Source of the DNA: a virus
Length of the DNA: 44,092 nt
Direction: 5' to 3' (one strand)
Virus record (IMG/VR): IMGVR_UViG_3300027852_000015
Coordinates: 1-44,092 of that record
Below are positions 43,906-44,092 of the stretch, in pieces. The notes under the pieces were generated by a model. It was given only the letters and a program-made list of their open reading frames with translations, made no database searches and was not told the DNA's origin. The number at the start of each line of letters is the position of its first letter. Position 1 is the first letter of the stretch. The position numbers and the translations under genes are program-made.

Positions 43906-44092
43906 ATGAGCCGGGCCAAAACTAGAACAGAAGAGAGAGCGCTGGAGTTATTAGGCCAAGGTCTCAGTACCGGCGTAGTTGCGTCCGCGTTAGGGGTAAC
44001 AGACTCGGCTATATCTCAGTTATTAGCGGACGAGAATTTTGCCTCAGATGTACAGAAACTTAGATTTGATAGTTTACAGAAATCGACACAGC
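43906..44092 (+). CDS. terS: small terminase-like DNA-binding protein, 5' part (continues at nt 128 after circular closure)
   Basis: ATG at 43906 is in frame with the overlap. The N-terminus MSRAKTRTEERALELLGQGLSTGVVASALGVTDSAISQLL looks like a helix-turn-helix. It is the first gene of the plus-strand block, immediately before terL. Confidence 0.55.
   Translation, partial: MSRAKTRTEERALELLGQGLSTGVVASALGVTDSAISQLLADENFASDVQKLRFDSLQKSTQ
43966..44092. repeat. terminal overlap, copy B (identical to 1-127)
   Basis: Exact duplicate of nt 1-127. It lies inside the terS reading frame. Confidence 0.95.

Overview
The window is a complete, circularly closed tailed dsDNA phage genome. The unit length is 43,965 bp, because nt 1-127 are repeated exactly at 43966-44092. 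It is probably a virulent podovirus-like phage: I see no integrase, repressor, tape-measure protein or phage RNA polymerase, and there are three large ejection-protein-like genes. Two gene blocks diverge from a ~460-bp control region (43444-43905) and converge head-on at 25499/25500. The plus-strand late block runs from 43906 across the junction to 25499. It holds terS, terL, portal, scaffold, major capsid, a collagen-like fibre, two holin-like membrane proteins, several repeat-built fibre-like genes, an M15 peptidoglycan peptidase, and Gly/Ala-rich, 598-aa and 1630-aa internal-virion-like proteins. The minus-strand early block runs from 43443 down to 25500. It holds an SF1B helicase, a Cas4-like PD-(D/E)XK nuclease, an AAA_24/Sak4-like ATPase, a family A DNA polymerase, a VirE-like P-loop NTPase, a DEDDh exonuclease, a DUF2829/Tad2-like protein and many small ORFans. 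I found no tRNA, rRNA, CRISPR array or transposase. The observations most worth following up are: (1) a ~420-bp imperfect dyad with pyrimidine and purine arms, a G-quadruplex motif and iteron-like repeats in a 643-bp non-coding gap (41796-42438); (2) two diverged paralogous early proteins, each in its own promoter-to-terminator unit, sharing an identical C-terminal VTADSL tail; (3) three near-identical host-type extended -10 promoters; (4) a distal block of small accessory genes headed by a Tad2-like candidate anti-Thoeris sponge; (5) fibre-like genes built from unusual 22-aa and ~25-aa tandem repeats, plus three 9-bp coding tandem arrays. All functional calls come from reading motifs by eye. 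No database search was run.
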